A DNA stretch of 63,976 nt, counting the filler, from Blastocystis sp. subtype 4 (Eukaryota): NCBI RefSeq assembly GCF_000743755.1. It is 6 parts of 6 records of this genome, joined end to end, with 100 filler letters (N's around TTAATTAATTAA, not from the genome) between each part and the next. Parts side by side here need not be neighbours in the genome. Positions count along the whole stretch, not along the records: positions 56,020 to 63,976 come from NW_014569161.1; 5 more parts are not named here. One strand, given 5' to 3'. The notes below the pieces were generated by a model. It was given only the letters and a program-made list of their open reading frames with translations. It searched no databases and was not told where the DNA came from. Every line of letters begins with the position of its first letter. Positions within the stretch are counted from its first letter, which is position 1. Position numbers and translations under genes: made by a program. Shown piece by piece: positions 62,484 through 63,976 of this stretch.

Positions 62484-63307
62484 ATGAGCCAAATAAAGGC
62501 TTCCCACAAGAACATACTAGATGATCTCCTTCGTCAGGAAGCCAACAAACACTGTGCTGATTGCGGTGCTCCCAGTACGCAAACAATCTGAAGATTATTG
62601 ATTTAGATCCTCGCTGGGCTTCTGCAACTCTCGGTGTGTTCATATGCATTCGTTGTTCAGGTATACACAGAAATCTGGGTGTTCACCTTTCCTTTGTTCG
62701 GTCTGTGTCTCTGGATAGTTGGAAGATGGAACATATCCGAACAATGCAAAAATGGGGTAATAAACGAGCAAACGAGTATTGGGAGTATAACTTGCCAAAA
62801 GACTATCGTAGACCTACTGAAAATAGTACAATGGCTGATTTGGAAAAGTTTATCAGAGCGAAATATGAAAAGAAGTTGTGGGTGCGAGATGATCTCCGTA
62901 GTGATTCTGAATATAGTGACTATTCCTATTCGGATGCAGAGACACCCTCAAAACCAAACGCTTCGACTCCTCCTCCTGTCACAAAGCCTTCTACATCACT
63001 ACCTTCTCGACCAAATCGATCTTCTGGAAGTTTGAACGGCTTATCTTCTCGTAGCTCTTCGAGTCCCATGGAGGAATTACTTATGAGTCTAACTCTCAAG
63101 TCACCTCAGAGTGTGAGTCCTCGAGACGAGAGTAGTGAGAGCGGTGGAATGTCTTGCAATACACAATCAATTTCGGATTTGTATGGTCCCAAAAGCCCTC
63201 AGGTCGATGTGAGTGTCGATAGCATCGTTCAAAAGCGCCAAGCTCTCCAGAAGAATACCCATTCTGGAGGCAATACAAGGAGTTTAGCCCAAATGCAGAA
63301 AAAGTAA
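62484..63307 (+). CDS. ArfGAP (SMAP/AGD5-type)
   Basis: [56 protein letters not shown]. Confidence 0.93.
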
Positions 63308-63329
63308 GAAGAGTTTGTTAACAAACAAG

Positions 63330-63976
63330 TCAATGGAGGGATGTAGAAACCAATCGGACACTTTTACACTCTCTACATGTCAAACTAAATTCAAAGATGC
63401 ACAATTCGGATTGATCTTGTCTATCTCGTTTGATCGATGTCTATTCAATGATCCCCAAACCATGTCTGTACAGTGTTCATCATTCTTAGCAACTGAATAA
63501 TGTTATTTGAATCGTCTCTCTCAACATCTAAACAATTACCAACATTCGAACACAATCTTTACGAATGATGTTTCCAATGGGTTCTGTATCGATGTAAACC
63601 GGGAAAAAACGAATCTACTCATCAAAACGCAGAATCCATTTCCACAAGACTCTTCTTCTCTGGATGAACCCTTGAAAAGTTCAGGGAATTGCTTACAGGA
63701 AAATATGAAAGAATATCATCCATCCACACAACTGTTTATGGATGACATCCGTTCCCTCCAATGTTCAGTATCTGGTGTTTTCTCAACAAACAGCTTGTGG
63801 ATACACTTATAGCATACACGATTTCGTGTATGACACTAATTGCGTTCATACCTTAGAGCTTGGGGAAAAAGGATCCGTACATTAGATACCTCTTCTGGAG
63901 TTCAAAAGCAGTACAAGCGATGGAGAACAGAGGTGCCTGTACACACATACGAGGAACAGCTCCCTTATACAATCCA
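63330..63976 (-). CDS. 3' part of unknown gene (continues beyond window)
   Basis: Spliced frame ends ..CRECKSVRLVSTSLH*, followed by TGTTTGTT at 63327-63320. Confidence 0.55.

Noticed and set aside
62377..62649. Minus-strand ORF and orphan AACAAACA at 62474-62481
   Set aside because: Overlaps the ArfGAP first exon antisense with no supporting gene; an isolated 8-mer can occur by chance.
1..63976. Transposons, rRNA, prokaryotic operons or defence systems
   Set aside because: No transposase/RT motifs, terminal repeats, rRNA or operon structure seen.

Overview
Compact, gene-dense eukaryotic DNA. It holds about 45 genes, mostly with ~27-32-nt GT-AG introns and very short intergenic spaces, in six contigs joined by 100-nt gaps (N44-TTAATTAATTAA-N44). 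The tiny introns, a TGTTTGTT motif after nearly every gene and a presequence-bearing HydE-like gene point to the anaerobic stramenopile Blastocystis (inferred, not database-checked). Recognisable genes: cytosolic HSP70 plus two divergent Hsp70-like genes, KIN17, PITP, Arf, PDK1-like kinase, RPL32, RPL18A, RPS10, SDR, HydE, two VPS9 proteins, cyclin H, presenilin, H2A fragment, H2B, glutathione peroxidase, fused CPS, Qc-SNARE, three glycosyltransferase-like genes, PP2A-like phosphatase, CKS1, BSD protein, PHB2 fragment, RPC11, GOST 7TM, Tgs-type methyltransferase, ArfGAP and tRNA-Asp(GTC). Best finds: (1) a 213-nt CPS intron hiding an H/ACA snoRNA whose two pockets match LSU rRNA helix 69 (U19/SNORA74/snR191 type); (2) about ten genes whose stop codon appears to be completed by the poly(A) tail, plus others whose genomic TGA/TAG sits on the predicted cleavage site; (3) convergent gene pairs sharing a near-palindromic TGTTT..AAACA 3'-end element; (4) unusual proteins: acidic-tailed H2A, MYCBP-like/9xWH2, MYND-CS-UBE3D, triple methyltransferase, LysE-type transporter. 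Exon structures were worked out by eye, so multi-exon boundaries are approximate.
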